From Bacteroidia bacterium (GTDB lineage: Bacteria; Bacteroidota; Bacteroidia; AKYH767-A; OLB10): DNA of 64,000 bases. The notes below the pieces were generated by a model. The model searched no databases. It was not told the origin of the DNA and saw only the letters and a program-made list of their open reading frames with translations. Shown here piece after piece: positions 1 to 9,319 of this stretch. Numbering within the stretch: position 1 is the stretch's first letter; each line of letters starts with the position of its first letter. Position numbers and translations under genes: made by a program. The stretch spans positions 3,929 to 67,928 of the forward strand of contig DAOQTX010000004.1 of assembly GCA_035340715.1 (NCBI GenBank), read 5' to 3'.

Positions 1-644
1 TTTCTGAGTGATAGGGCTTGTAATGCATTAAAACCACCAACTCCTGCTTCGTTTACTGCTGCTTCAGATCCTCCGGTAACGATAATGTCAGCCTTACCAA
101 GTCTGATATAATTAAAGGAGTCGATCATAGCATGGGTGCTACTGGCACAAGCTGAAACGGTGGTATAATTTGGACCTCTATATCCATATTGAATACTGAT
201 ATGCCCTGAAGCTATATCGGCTATCATTTTTGGAATAAAGAATGGATTGAATCGAGGTGTGCCGTCTCCTTTGGCAAATGCTGCACATTCATCGTAAAAT
301 GTTTTAAGTCCTCCAATTCCTGATCCCCAAATAACACCTACCCTATCGGGATCAATGGCATTATTGTTCAGCATACCTGCATCTTCAATCGCTTCTTTAG
401 AGGAACCCATTGCAAACTGTGCAAACAAATCGAGTTTACGAGCTTCTTTGCGTTCTAAAATGCTAAGTGGATCAAACCCTTTCACTTCACATGCAAATCG
501 GGTTTTAAACTTAGAGGCATCAAAACGGGTTATAAGGGCTGCACCGCTAACTCCGTTTACTAAATTATTCCAATAATCTGTAACGTTATTACCCAAAGGA
601 GTGATGGCTCCGAGCCCAGTAACTACTACTCTTTTAAGTTGCAT
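1..644 (-). CDS. fabF: Beta-ketoacyl-ACP synthase II (FabF), N-terminal ~214 aa; the gene runs off the left edge of the window
   Basis: Minus-strand translation from the ATG at 642-644 reads MQLKRVVVTGLGAITPLGN...GGSEAAVNEAGVGGFNALQALS, a typical KAS-II N-terminus. It lies directly downstream of acpP as in the canonical fab cluster. No stop codon occurs before position 1. Confidence 0.85.
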   Translation of the reverse strand, partial: MQLKRVVVTGLGAITPLGNNVTDYWNNLVNGVSGAALITRFDASKFKTRFACEVKGFDPLSILERKEARKLDLFAQFAMGSSKEAIEDAGMLNNNAIDPDRVGVIWGSGIGGLKTFYDECAAFAKGDGTPRFNPFFIPKMIADIASGHISIQYGYRGPNYTTVSACASSTHAMIDSFNYIRLGKADIIVTGGSEAAVNEAGVGGFNALQALSLR

Positions 645-685
645 GTGTTGAACTTCTATTAAAATTAGGAGTGACCAATATAGCT

Positions 686-727
686 AAAAAAACAAGACTG
701 CCCGGATGAACAGGCCAGGCAGTCTTG
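686..727 (-). terminator. Intrinsic terminator or attenuator hairpin between acpP and fabF
   Basis: A 10-bp stem (caagactgcc / ggcagtcttg, about 693-702 and 718-727) encloses a 15-nt loop. On the minus-strand transcript it is followed by a U7 run (plus-strand A-run 686-692). It sits 20 nt downstream of the acpP stop. Confidence 0.5.
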
Positions 728-746
728 CATATTTTTTTAAATTGAA

Positions 747-983
747 TTACTTGGCGTTGGCCTGAATATAATCAACGGCCTGTCCAACAGTGCTGATCTT
801 CTCAGCCTGATCATCAGGAATAGCAATATTGAATTCTTTTTCGAATTCCATTATTAATTCAACGGTGTCAAGCGAGTCGGCACCCAAATCATTTGTGAAA
901 CTAGCTTCGTTGTTAACTTCAGATTCTTCTACTCCCAGCTTATCTACGATGATAGCTTTTACGCGAGCTGCAATGTCAGACAT
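747..983 (-). CDS. acpP: Acyl carrier protein
   Basis: The 78-aa product contains the canonical [11 protein letters not shown] phosphopantetheine-attachment motif and is acidic. It is located upstream of fabF. Confidence 0.95.
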   Translation of the reverse strand: MSDIAARVKAIIVDKLGVEESEVNNEASFTNDLGADSLDTVELIMEFEKEFNIAIPDDQAEKISTVGQAVDYIQANAK

Positions 984-1109
984 ATTATGTTATTTTTAGG
1001 TTAGTAATATGGCGCAAAAATAAAAAATTAAAATTCATTGTAGCAATATTTTATAAGTATGTAACTAATTGTTTTTCAATATAAAGTATAAATATTGCGC
1101 TTTTGAGTG

Positions 1110-1117
1110 TATTTTTG
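1110..1117 (+). promoter_or_regulatory. Candidate Bacteroidetes-type -7 promoter element (TAnnTTTG) for purN
   Basis: The sequence tatttttg lies 6 nt upstream of the purN ATG. This matches the Bacteroidetes sigma-A -7 consensus TAnnTTTG and would give a very short leader. No clear -33 TTG at canonical spacing was confirmed. Confidence 0.25.
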
Positions 1118-1123
1118 CAGGGC

Positions 1124-1693
1124 ATGAAAAAGATTGCAATACTGGCCAGCGGCAATGGAAGCAATGCTGAAAATTTGATCAAATTTTTCAAAAACAGCGA
1201 TTGCGCTCAGGTTTCCTATGTTATTTGCAATAAAAAAGAGGCGGGAATCTATGATCGATGTAAAAACTTGAACATTCCGTGCCATTACTTTACAAACCAA
1301 TCATTTGATACCGGTGAAGTACAAAAATTTATGATCAATGAAAAAACAGACCTTATTGTTTTGGCTGGTTTTTTACATTTAATACCTAAAGCCATGGTGC
1401 AGCATTTTCAGGGTAAAATGGTAAACATTCATCCTTCTTTACTGCCTGCCTTTGGAGGAAAAGGCATGTATGGTATGAAAGTCCATCAAGCGGTTATAGC
1501 ATCAGGCGCAACAGAAAGTGGTATCACCATTCACCTGGTTAATGAAAATTTTGATGAAGGAGAGATTTTATTTAGAGCGCATGTGAGCATTGAAGCTGGT
1601 GACGATGCTGTTAAACTTCAGTCGAATATTGCCAAACTAGAAATGCAATATTATCCGGAGATTGTAGAAAAACTATGTCGGCAACTCTCTTGA
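1124..1693 (+). CDS. purN: Phosphoribosylglycinamide formyltransferase
   Basis: The protein begins MKKIAILASGNGSNAENLI and continues with the formyltransferase core (GFLHLIP..., MVNIHPSLLPAFGG). The ORF caller's start at 1103 is a TTG; the ATG at 1124 is the more likely start. Confidence 0.85.
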   Translation: MKKIAILASGNGSNAENLIKFFKNSDCAQVSYVICNKKEAGIYDRCKNLNIPCHYFTNQSFDTGEVQKFMINEKTDLIVLAGFLHLIPKAMVQHFQGKMVNIHPSLLPAFGGKGMYGMKVHQAVIASGATESGITIHLVNENFDEGEILFRAHVSIEAGDDAVKLQSNIAKLEMQYYPEIVEKLCRQLS

Positions 1694-1706
1694 GAAAAAT
1701 CCTGAA

Positions 1707-3293
1707 TCAGCGCCAGGCAATTTTCATCCGTTCAAAAGTTCCGTCACTCATCACTTCAAGAGCTTTGTGGAATGGTGGGCTCAGTTCATTCATTACTTCA
1801 AAATAAACATCATTGCCAAATAAGTTTCTTCCAATCAATGCTTTTAATTGGGTGCGTATGAAAGTTTCGCTACGTGCGAATTCTGTATCGTTAAATTCAA
1901 CTTTTTCTTTCTCTGCATTGGCTTTAAACTTTGCCATTAGCACATCATCAAACGTAAACTCTTTTACAAAACGATCCTGATTTATAAACCGAGCATTGAG
2001 TTCCTTACGGTTTTCATCCACATAATTTAAAGCAAAGTCAAAAGTTACCGCTTTGCGAATAAGATCTCTTAAGTAGCGGGTATCGAACATGGTATCGAGT
2101 GGAACAAAAATATCGGGCATTATTCCTCCACCCCCATAAACAGTGCGCTTATTGTTAGTGCTGTATTTTAATGATGCATCAAAACGTATGCTGTCTGCAG
2201 AAAACAGTTCTCCTTGCTTACTTCTGTTAATGAGGTCCAAATCGTAATCGTCTTCCTGACCCGGTTCATAGGGTTTTTGAATGCTTCTTCCTGATGGGGT
2301 ATAATAGCGTGCTATGGTTAATCGTACCGCACTGCCATCGGGCAATGAAAATGGTTTTTGTACCAATCCTTTTCCAAACGATCTTCTACCAATAACAATT
2401 CCTCTGTCCCAATCTTGTACAGCACCGGAAACAATTTCACTTGCTGATGCAGAGGTTTCGTCTATTAGAATAGCCAACTTTCCACTTTCAAATCCTCCAC
2501 TTGAGGTAGAGAAATTTTCCTGTCGAGCACTACTGCGTCCCATGGTATAAACCACTAATTTATCATCGCTTAAAAATTCATCGGCTAATTCTATGGCTCT
2601 GTTCAGGTAGCCACCTCCATTGCCTTGCAGATCAAGAATCAGGTTTTGCATTCCTTTCTGTTTCAGCTCAGACAATGCTTTCTTAAACTCTTCAACAGTA
2701 CTATCGGCAAAGCGGCTGATTTTTATATAACCTGTAGTTGGCGTGGGCATATAAGATGCATCTACTGAGAAAAGTGGAATTTTATCTCTGGTGATGACAA
2801 ACTCCAAGGGCTCTTTTTCACTTCTTCGTTTAATATGAACCGTTACTTTGGTTCCTTTGGGTCCTCTTAACTTTTTGACTACATCGTTATTCTTTATTCC
2901 AATTCCACCTACATTCTCATTGTCAATGGTGGTAATCCGATCGCCCGCTCGCAATCCTAACTTTTCAGAAGGGCCTCCCGGTATGGTATTGTTCACTACA
3001 ATCGTGTCGTTCAAAATATTGAACTGTATTCCTATCCCTTCAAAATTCCCAACCAAAGGTTCATTGACTTCTTTTAAATCTTCGGCCGGTATATAGGTGG
3101 AATGTGGATCTAAGTCTTTTAATATTGCCTTTATGGCATCTTCCGCTATTTGATGCTTATTAACGGTATCTACATAAGCATAGTCGATCATTTGCAACAA
3201 TGCCTCAATATTTTGATACGGATTAGTCTGCGCCTTTAGTTGAACGGAAGAGACTAAAAAAGATAAAACCAGAATTCGCTTTAACATTGGCAA
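1707..3293 (-). CDS. S41 family C-terminal processing peptidase (tail-specific protease), paralog 1
   Basis: The 528-aa product has a signal peptide, a PDZ-like segment and an S41 catalytic region (GIGIQF..., ILIDETSASASE, FGKGLVQ). Confidence 0.85.
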   Translation of the reverse strand: MPMLKRILVLSFLVSSVQLKAQTNPYQNIEALLQMIDYAYVDTVNKHQIAEDAIKAILKDLDPHSTYIPAEDLKEVNEPLVGNFEGIGIQFNILNDTIVVNNTIPGGPSEKLGLRAGDRITTIDNENVGGIGIKNNDVVKKLRGPKGTKVTVHIKRRSEKEPLEFVITRDKIPLFSVDASYMPTPTTGYIKISRFADSTVEEFKKALSELKQKGMQNLILDLQGNGGGYLNRAIELADEFLSDDKLVVYTMGRSSARQENFSTSSGGFESGKLAILIDETSASASEIVSGAVQDWDRGIVIGRRSFGKGLVQKPFSLPDGSAVRLTIARYYTPSGRSIQKPYEPGQEDDYDLDLINRSKQGELFSADSIRFDASLKYSTNNKRTVYGGGGIMPDIFVPLDTMFDTRYLRDLIRKAVTFDFALNYVDENRKELNARFINQDRFVKEFTFDDVLMAKFKANAEKEKVEFNDTEFARSETFIRTQLKALIGRNLFGNDVYFEVMNELSPPFHKALEVMSDGTFERMKIAWR

Positions 3294-3437
3294 TTTAATT
3301 AAGGTGCTTATTAATGAGAGTAAGATAGAAGCAATATGTAGGTTAACGCAATACGTTTATCACTTATTACTTACACTGTAATGTTAACACTCTACATGAG
3401 CCTGCAGTTCGAACCGCTTGGTAAAAAAACAAATCGC

Positions 3438-3941
3438 TTAATGTGCGTCTGATGCGGCCATAGAACCAAGATCGCGATCAAACAAATACAAGCCACTCTT
3501 ATCGTTTCCAATAAGTTTCAGTTTATCCAAAATGTTTCTTGCTAAACGCTCTTCTTCAATTTGTTCGGCCACATACCATTGAAGAAAATTATGCGTGGTA
3601 TAATCTTTTTCTTTTAATGTTTCTTCAACCAATTTGTTGATCTCAGCACTCACCATTACTTCGTGCTTTAACAACTGTTCAAATAATTGATTAACACTCT
3701 TATATTCGAGGGTGGGTGATTTTAATGCAGGAACTTGAGCATGTCCACCTCTTTCATTAATAAACCCAAACAGTTTTAACATGTGCATTCTTTCTTCGTC
3801 AGAATGTTTGTAAAGAAATTGAGGGATCCCGCTGAATCCTTTTACTTCAGCCCATGAAGCCATGGCTAAATAATGTTGCGAAGCCATTGCTTCTAATTCA
3901 ATCTGTCTGTTCAACAGTTTTTCTATCTTTTTTGAAATCAT
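3438..3941 (-). CDS. Ferritin (non-heme, Ftn-like)
   Basis: The 167-aa product is a ferritin-like four-helix-bundle protein with ferroxidase-centre-like E/H residues (EAMASQHYLAMASWAE, EERMH, EQIEEE). Confidence 0.8.
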   Translation of the reverse strand: MISKKIEKLLNRQIELEAMASQHYLAMASWAEVKGFSGIPQFLYKHSDEERMHMLKLFGFINERGGHAQVPALKSPTLEYKSVNQLFEQLLKHEVMVSAEINKLVEETLKEKDYTTHNFLQWYVAEQIEEERLARNILDKLKLIGNDKSGLYLFDRDLGSMAASDAH

Positions 3942-4096
3942 TTGATTATTTATTTAAGTTTTTAGAACAATTTTTATGACACAAAGTTACAATTTAACAC
4001 AATAATTTATGGTGACAAGTATCACAAAGAGTAAATTTGTCAGCCTTCATCCATAAGGCATATTATTTGACAAGTTCAAACTAAATCTAACAAATT

Positions 4097-5920
4097 ATGA
4101 CAACACAAAGTGGAAAAATCAATGTACACACGGAGAATATATTTCCCATTATTAAAAAGTTTCTTTATTCAGATCACGAAATATTTTTACGCGAATTGGT
4201 GAGCAATGCGGTTGATGCCAGTCGGAAAATGGATATCATTTCGAGAAGCGGAGATTTTAAAGGAGAGCGAGGAAACAATGGAATTCAAATCTCCTTGAAT
4301 AAAGAAAACAAAACTTTAACGATCAGTGATCATGGTTTAGGAATGACGGCTGATGAAGTTGAAAAATATATCAACCAAATAGCCTTTTCTTCTGCAGAAG
4401 ATTTTGTAGAAAAGTATAAAAATGAAAGCGAGGGCAATCCCGTTATCGGTCACTTTGGACTAGGGTTCTACTCGGCATTTATGGTGGCTGATAAAGTTGA
4501 GTTGATCAGCAAATCTTACGTTGAAAATAGTTCTCCTGTAAAATGGACCTGCACCGGCAATACCGACTTTACATTGGAAGAAACTACTCGCGATAGTTTT
4601 GGTACCGATGTGATATTGCATATCAATTCGGAATCGGAAGAGTTTTTAGAGAGTGTCCGCATCAAAACATTGCTAAAAAAATACTGTACGTTTTTACCGA
4701 TTGAAATTTCGTTCGAAAACGAAATCATAAACAATACACAAGCCACGTGGCTAAAAGCTCCTTCTGAGTTGAAGGAAGAAGATTATAAAAACTTCTATAA
4801 AGAACTCTATCCCATTGCCGAAGATCCGCTCTTTCATATTCATTTAAATGTTGATTATCCATTTAAACTTACCGGTATTTTATATTTTCCAAAAATTAAC
4901 CGCAACATCGAATTACAAAAAAATAAAATTCAGCTTTATTGCAATCAGGTATTTGTTACCGATTCGGTCGAAGGAATAGTACCTGAATTTTTAACGCTCA
5001 TGCATGGGGTTATCGATTCGCCTGACATTCCACTGAATGTTTCGAGAAGCTATTTGCAAAGTGATGCGAATGTTAAAAAAATAAGCAGTCATATTTCGAA
5101 GAAAGTAGCCGATAAATTAAAAGAACTGTTTAAAGAAGATCGAACTGCCTATGAGCAAAAATGGGACGATATCGGTTTGTTTGTGAAGTATGGTATGCTT
5201 ACCGATGAAAAATTCTCTGAACAAATCAACGATTGTGTATTGCTTAAAAATACGGAAGCAAAGTTTTTTACATTAAGTGAATACCGCGAGCTGATAAAAA
5301 GCAATCAAGAAAACAAAACCGGTGAAGTGATTTATTTATACGCCAATCATACCGATCAGCAACACAGTTATATACAGCAATGCAAAAACAGAGGATATGA
5401 TGTACTTGAAATGGGAGGTCAATTGGATATGCATTTTGTAAACATGCTGGAGAGTAAAGAAGAGAAAAGTCGTTTTAAAAGAGTGGATGCTGAAGCCATA
5501 GACAAACTCATAGAAAAAGATCTGGAGCGCAGTAGCCTTTTGAATGATGATCAAAAAAAATTAGTAGCGTCTGAGATTGAGAAATGTGTATCGAAAGACG
5601 TTTACCATATCTCATTCGAAAATCTAGATAAAGACGATATGCCTTTCACCATTGTTCAACCTGAGTTTTTAAGGCGAATGAAGGAAATGAGCGCAGCAGG
5701 TGGACCTATGCCTTTTATGGGTAATATGCCGGAAACCTATAGTTTGATTGTAAACACCAATCATCCTGTAGTGCTTAAACTGTCAAGCAATACGGATGAA
5801 AAAAGTAACATGGCTTTAATTCAAAATGGAATAGACTTGGCTCGACTACAACAAAATTTGTTGAAGGGCAGTGAACTTACAGCGTTTATTCAAAGAAGTT
5901 TAGATGCTATGAATGATTAA
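4097..5920 (+). CDS. htpG: Molecular chaperone HtpG (Hsp90)
   Basis: The 607-aa product shows the N-terminal GHKL ATPase signature (ELVSNAVDA, GLGFYSAFMVADKV) and HtpG middle and C-terminal domains. Confidence 0.95.
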   Translation: MTTQSGKINVHTENIFPIIKKFLYSDHEIFLRELVSNAVDASRKMDIISRSGDFKGERGNNGIQISLNKENKTLTISDHGLGMTADEVEKYINQIAFSSAEDFVEKYKNESEGNPVIGHFGLGFYSAFMVADKVELISKSYVENSSPVKWTCTGNTDFTLEETTRDSFGTDVILHINSESEEFLESVRIKTLLKKYCTFLPIEISFENEIINNTQATWLKAPSELKEEDYKNFYKELYPIAEDPLFHIHLNVDYPFKLTGILYFPKINRNIELQKNKIQLYCNQVFVTDSVEGIVPEFLTLMHGVIDSPDIPLNVSRSYLQSDANVKKISSHISKKVADKLKELFKEDRTAYEQKWDDIGLFVKYGMLTDEKFSEQINDCVLLKNTEAKFFTLSEYRELIKSNQENKTGEVIYLYANHTDQQHSYIQQCKNRGYDVLEMGGQLDMHFVNMLESKEEKSRFKRVDAEAIDKLIEKDLERSSLLNDDQKKLVASEIEKCVSKDVYHISFENLDKDDMPFTIVQPEFLRRMKEMSAAGGPMPFMGNMPETYSLIVNTNHPVVLKLSSNTDEKSNMALIQNGIDLARLQQNLLKGSELTAFIQRSLDAMND

Positions 5921-5941
5921 TTTTCATTGATTGCTAAATTA

Positions 5942-5971
5942 AAATGCCATCTCAAAAGGATGGCATTTTTC
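5942..5971 (+). terminator. Rho-independent terminator of htpG
   Basis: A 10-bp perfect stem (aaatgccatc / gatggcattt) with a 7-nt loop is followed by a T-run. It lies 22 nt after the htpG stop. Confidence 0.65.
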
Positions 5972-6051
5972 GTTGAAAGACTTTCATTTCAATTGGATGG
6001 AGTAAATGTACTCCCCCGCTGTTTTGTATATTAGCCTCAAACTTTTTAGAA

Positions 6052-8223
6052 ATGAAAAACATTCTACTCCGTCTACTCGTAATCCTATTTTTAACTCCCT
6101 CTCTATCACGTGCAGATGAAGGCATGTGGATACCCATGTTATTAAAGCAGCTAAACGAAAGCGACATGCAGGCCAAAGGCTTAAAGCTAAGTGCCGAAGA
6201 GATCTACAGTATAAATAAAACCAGTTTAAAAGATGCTGTGGTATGGTTTGGGGGAGGATGTACCGGAGAAATGATTTCTGCTCAAGGATTATTACTCACC
6301 AATCATCACTGCGGGTATGGACAAATTCAATCGCATTCATCGGTTGAAAATGATTTGTTAAGAAATGGATTTTGGGCCATGAGCAAAGAAGAAGAACTCT
6401 CATGCCCCGGTTTGAGTGTAACATTCATCATTCGTATAGAGGATGTAAGTGAAAAAATAAATGCTGAGTTGAACGATAAGATGAGTGAGGAAGAAAGGAA
6501 TAAAAAAATAAAAGAAGTGAGCAGTCAATTGGAAGCAGAGGCAACACAAAACACGCACTATAAAGCATTCACGCGTGCATTTTATAATGGAAACTCTTTT
6601 TACTTATTTTTAACCGAAGAGTTTGAAGATGTTCGTTTGGTTGGCGCTCCACCTTCATCAATCGGCAAGTTTGGTGCGGATACCGATAATTGGATGTGGC
6701 CAAGACATACAGGCGATTTTGCCGTTTTCAGAGTATATGCCGGAAAAGACAATAAACCTGCAGCGTATTCAAAAGATAATGTTCCATTTACCCCCAGACA
6801 TCATTTCACGATCAATATTAATGGAATAAGCGAAGGCGACTTTACGATGGTGTATGGATTCCCAGGCCGCACACAAGAATACTTACCTTCTTATGCGGTA
6901 AATGAAATACTGGAAACCATTAACCCTTCCCGAATAACTATTCGAACAGAACGATTGGGTGTAATGGATTCCTACATGAGGTCTAACGATACCATCCGCA
7001 TTCAATATGCGGCCAAACAATCGGGCATCAGCAACGGATGGAAAAAGTGGATTGGAGAAAGTAAAGGCCTTAGAGTGAGCAATGCCATGCAACAAAAACA
7101 AAAACAAGAAGTTGCATTTACTCAATGGGTAAATGCTGATAAATCTCGGACTAAAAAATATGGATCGCTGTTAAGTGAGTACGACAAACTCTATCAACAA
7201 AATGCCAAGCCATTGAAAGCCGCGATTTATGTTTTCGAAACAGCTTTAAGTGTTGAATTGTTGAGTTTTGCTCATTCATTTAATAAATTGATTGAAATGG
7301 GTTCCGCTTCCAATACAGATGAAAAAACAATTAGAGCAGAAGCCGATAAAATGATGAAAAGTGTAAATGGCTTTTTTAAGAATTACAGCCAAGCCGTTGA
7401 TCAGAAAATTTTTGAAACCTTAATGCCCATGTACCAAAAAGAAATGGGTTCTGACTATATACCAGAAGAAATGAGTAAGCAGATGAAATGTGCTAAAAAT
7501 GATTTCATAAAATGGTCAGCAACATTATACCATCAATCAATTTTTACGAATCAAGATCAATTACTTTCCATATTAAAAGACTTTGATGCCAAGCAGGCAA
7601 AAAAACTTAGTAGGGATAATGCCTATATTTTGGCCCGTAGTTTCCGTACGCTTTATGATGATAAAATAAGATCGGAACAAATGCGCATTTCTGATCAATT
7701 ATCTATTGTTCACAGAAACTATATGGCTGCAATTATTGAAATGAATCAGAATAAAAAAATCTATCCTGATGCCAACAGTACCTTGCGTGTTGCGTTTGGT
7801 AAGGTAGAACCCTACCAACCGGCTAATGCAGTAGAGTACCAATTTCAAACCTATTTGGAGGGTGTGATGGAAAAAGAAGACAATAGCGTTGAAGAGTTTA
7901 ATGTTCCCGTTAAGTTGAAAGAGCTTTACAATAAGAAGGATTTTGGACCTTATGGATTCAACGGCAAAATGCCGGTAGCTTTTATAGCCAGTAATCATAC
8001 TACTGGTGGTAACAGCGGTTCTCCTGTTTTAAACAATAAAGGACAATTGATTGGAACAAACTTCGATCGAGTATGGGAAGGCACTATGAGTGATATTATG
8101 TTTAATCCAGACCGTTGCCGAAACATATCTGTTGACATTCGCTATACTCTATTTATCATTGATAAATTTGCTGGTGCAAAACATTTAGTGAATGAGATGA
8201 CGATTGTCAATGAAGATTATTGA
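6052..8223 (+). CDS. S46 family dipeptidyl-peptidase (DPP7/DPP11-like)
   Basis: The 723-aa product has a signal peptide, the N-terminal DEGMWIPMLL motif typical of Bacteroidetes S46 peptidases, and a C-terminal GGNSGSPV serine-protease motif. Confidence 0.85.
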   Translation: MKNILLRLLVILFLTPSLSRADEGMWIPMLLKQLNESDMQAKGLKLSAEEIYSINKTSLKDAVVWFGGGCTGEMISAQGLLLTNHHCGYGQIQSHSSVENDLLRNGFWAMSKEEELSCPGLSVTFIIRIEDVSEKINAELNDKMSEEERNKKIKEVSSQLEAEATQNTHYKAFTRAFYNGNSFYLFLTEEFEDVRLVGAPPSSIGKFGADTDNWMWPRHTGDFAVFRVYAGKDNKPAAYSKDNVPFTPRHHFTININGISEGDFTMVYGFPGRTQEYLPSYAVNEILETINPSRITIRTERLGVMDSYMRSNDTIRIQYAAKQSGISNGWKKWIGESKGLRVSNAMQQKQKQEVAFTQWVNADKSRTKKYGSLLSEYDKLYQQNAKPLKAAIYVFETALSVELLSFAHSFNKLIEMGSASNTDEKTIRAEADKMMKSVNGFFKNYSQAVDQKIFETLMPMYQKEMGSDYIPEEMSKQMKCAKNDFIKWSATLYHQSIFTNQDQLLSILKDFDAKQAKKLSRDNAYILARSFRTLYDDKIRSEQMRISDQLSIVHRNYMAAIIEMNQNKKIYPDANSTLRVAFGKVEPYQPANAVEYQFQTYLEGVMEKEDNSVEEFNVPVKLKELYNKKDFGPYGFNGKMPVAFIASNHTTGGNSGSPVLNNKGQLIGTNFDRVWEGTMSDIMFNPDRCRNISVDIRYTLFIIDKFAGAKHLVNEMTIVNEDY

Positions 8224-8840
8224 TCCGCCTTTGCCGATCTGAATATTTCTTCAGGAAATATTTTAATTCCCAGTGCGTAAATCCCTGAGCTAAAAGTATC
8301 TTTTCGTTGCTTGTCTCCGGCTATATTGAATCTATATCCTGAGCCAATACTCAAACCAACCCATTTCAATATTTTGTACTGAACAACCAACATAGGTTGT
8401 ATCATATAATTGGTTTGCTTGTCTATTTTTCCGATTCCGTTATCGGGATTTCGATCATCGTAATAACTGTTCCCTATTCCGATATGTAATGGTGAACTCA
8501 CTTGCCAAGCCTCATATTTGTATATTAATGGTTCAGCACGTAACGCAAACTGTCTCATGCTTAGTTCCGCCTTTAAAGTATCCGATGAAACAACTCTAGT
8601 ATCAATAATATCAGAACTAAGCCAATAGTATCCAATACCCACTCTCAGATGTTCAATTGGTGAAAATCCTACACTTAATCCTTGCATGTTTACCCCTTTG
8701 TCGCGCGAAAATGAATTGTTGGTTTCGAACAGTACATAAGGCTTATATGTCTGTGCAAATGACTTTAATTCTTGAGCCATAGATAAATGACTAAAGAAAA
8801 ATAACCATATGAAGACTAGTTTTTTGATCAATGAATTCAT
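8217..8840 (-). CDS. Hypothetical outer-membrane beta-barrel-like protein
   Basis: The 207-aa product has a signal peptide (MNSLIKKLVFIWLFFFSHLSMAQ), alternating hydrophobic beta-strand-like segments and a C-terminal aromatic residue. No family was recognised. Its 3' end overlaps the convergent S46 gene by 7 nt. Confidence 0.45.
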   Translation of the reverse strand: MNSLIKKLVFIWLFFFSHLSMAQELKSFAQTYKPYVLFETNNSFSRDKGVNMQGLSVGFSPIEHLRVGIGYYWLSSDIIDTRVVSSDTLKAELSMRQFALRAEPLIYKYEAWQVSSPLHIGIGNSYYDDRNPDNGIGKIDKQTNYMIQPMLVVQYKILKWVGLSIGSGYRFNIAGDKQRKDTFSSGIYALGIKIFPEEIFRSAKADQ

Positions 8841-8924
8841 ACCGATTACAAAAAAACAAAAAAGCTTAATTCCTGAAATACGGATTTAGCGTATATTTAT
8901 TTTATTAACCAACATTAATTCATC

Positions 8925-9266
8925 ATGAGCTACAACGAAAACTTAGCTGAACGCATTAGAAAGTCGCTTTCAAAAACTAAACATGTAGAAGAGAAAAAGA
9001 TGATGGGAGGTTTGACTTTTATGGTTGAATCAAAAATGTGTGTGGGTATAGTGGAAGATAAACTTATGTGCCGGATTGATCCAAACATCTATGAAAGTGC
9101 CTTAAAACGCAGAGGTTGTAAAGAAATGGATTTTACAGGCAAGCCGATGAAAGGCTATGTGTTTGTTTTGCCTTCCGGATATCAGAATGATGAAGAATTT
9201 AATTATTGGATCCAGCAATCTTTACTCTTTAATAAGAAAGCAAAGGCATCTAAAAAGAAAATATAA
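8925..9266 (+). CDS. TfoX/Sxy N-terminal-domain-only protein
   Basis: The 113-aa product resembles stand-alone TfoX N-domain proteins (MMGGLTFMVESKMCVGIVEDKLMCRIDP...GKPMKGYVFV). Confidence 0.55.
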   Translation: MSYNENLAERIRKSLSKTKHVEEKKMMGGLTFMVESKMCVGIVEDKLMCRIDPNIYESALKRRGCKEMDFTGKPMKGYVFVLPSGYQNDEEFNYWIQQSLLFNKKAKASKKKI

Positions 9267-9284
9267 ATTAATCAATCAGGACAA

Positions 9285-9318
9285 ACAAAAAAGACAGCTG
9301 ATTTAGCTGTCTTTTTTT
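9285..9318. terminator. Bidirectional rho-independent terminator between the convergent TfoX-N and ctaD genes
   Basis: A 9-bp perfect stem (aagacagct / agctgtctt) with a 5-nt loop is flanked by an A6 run on one side and a T7 run on the other. Confidence 0.65.
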
Positions 9319-9319
9319 A

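Noticed and set aside
3380-3437. A GGTTCGAA-like motif (cagttcgaaccgc) reminiscent of a tRNA T-loop downstream of the ferritin gene
   Set aside because: No acceptor, D or anticodon stems can be built around it. It is an isolated palindromic hexamer, not a tRNA or tRNA fragment.
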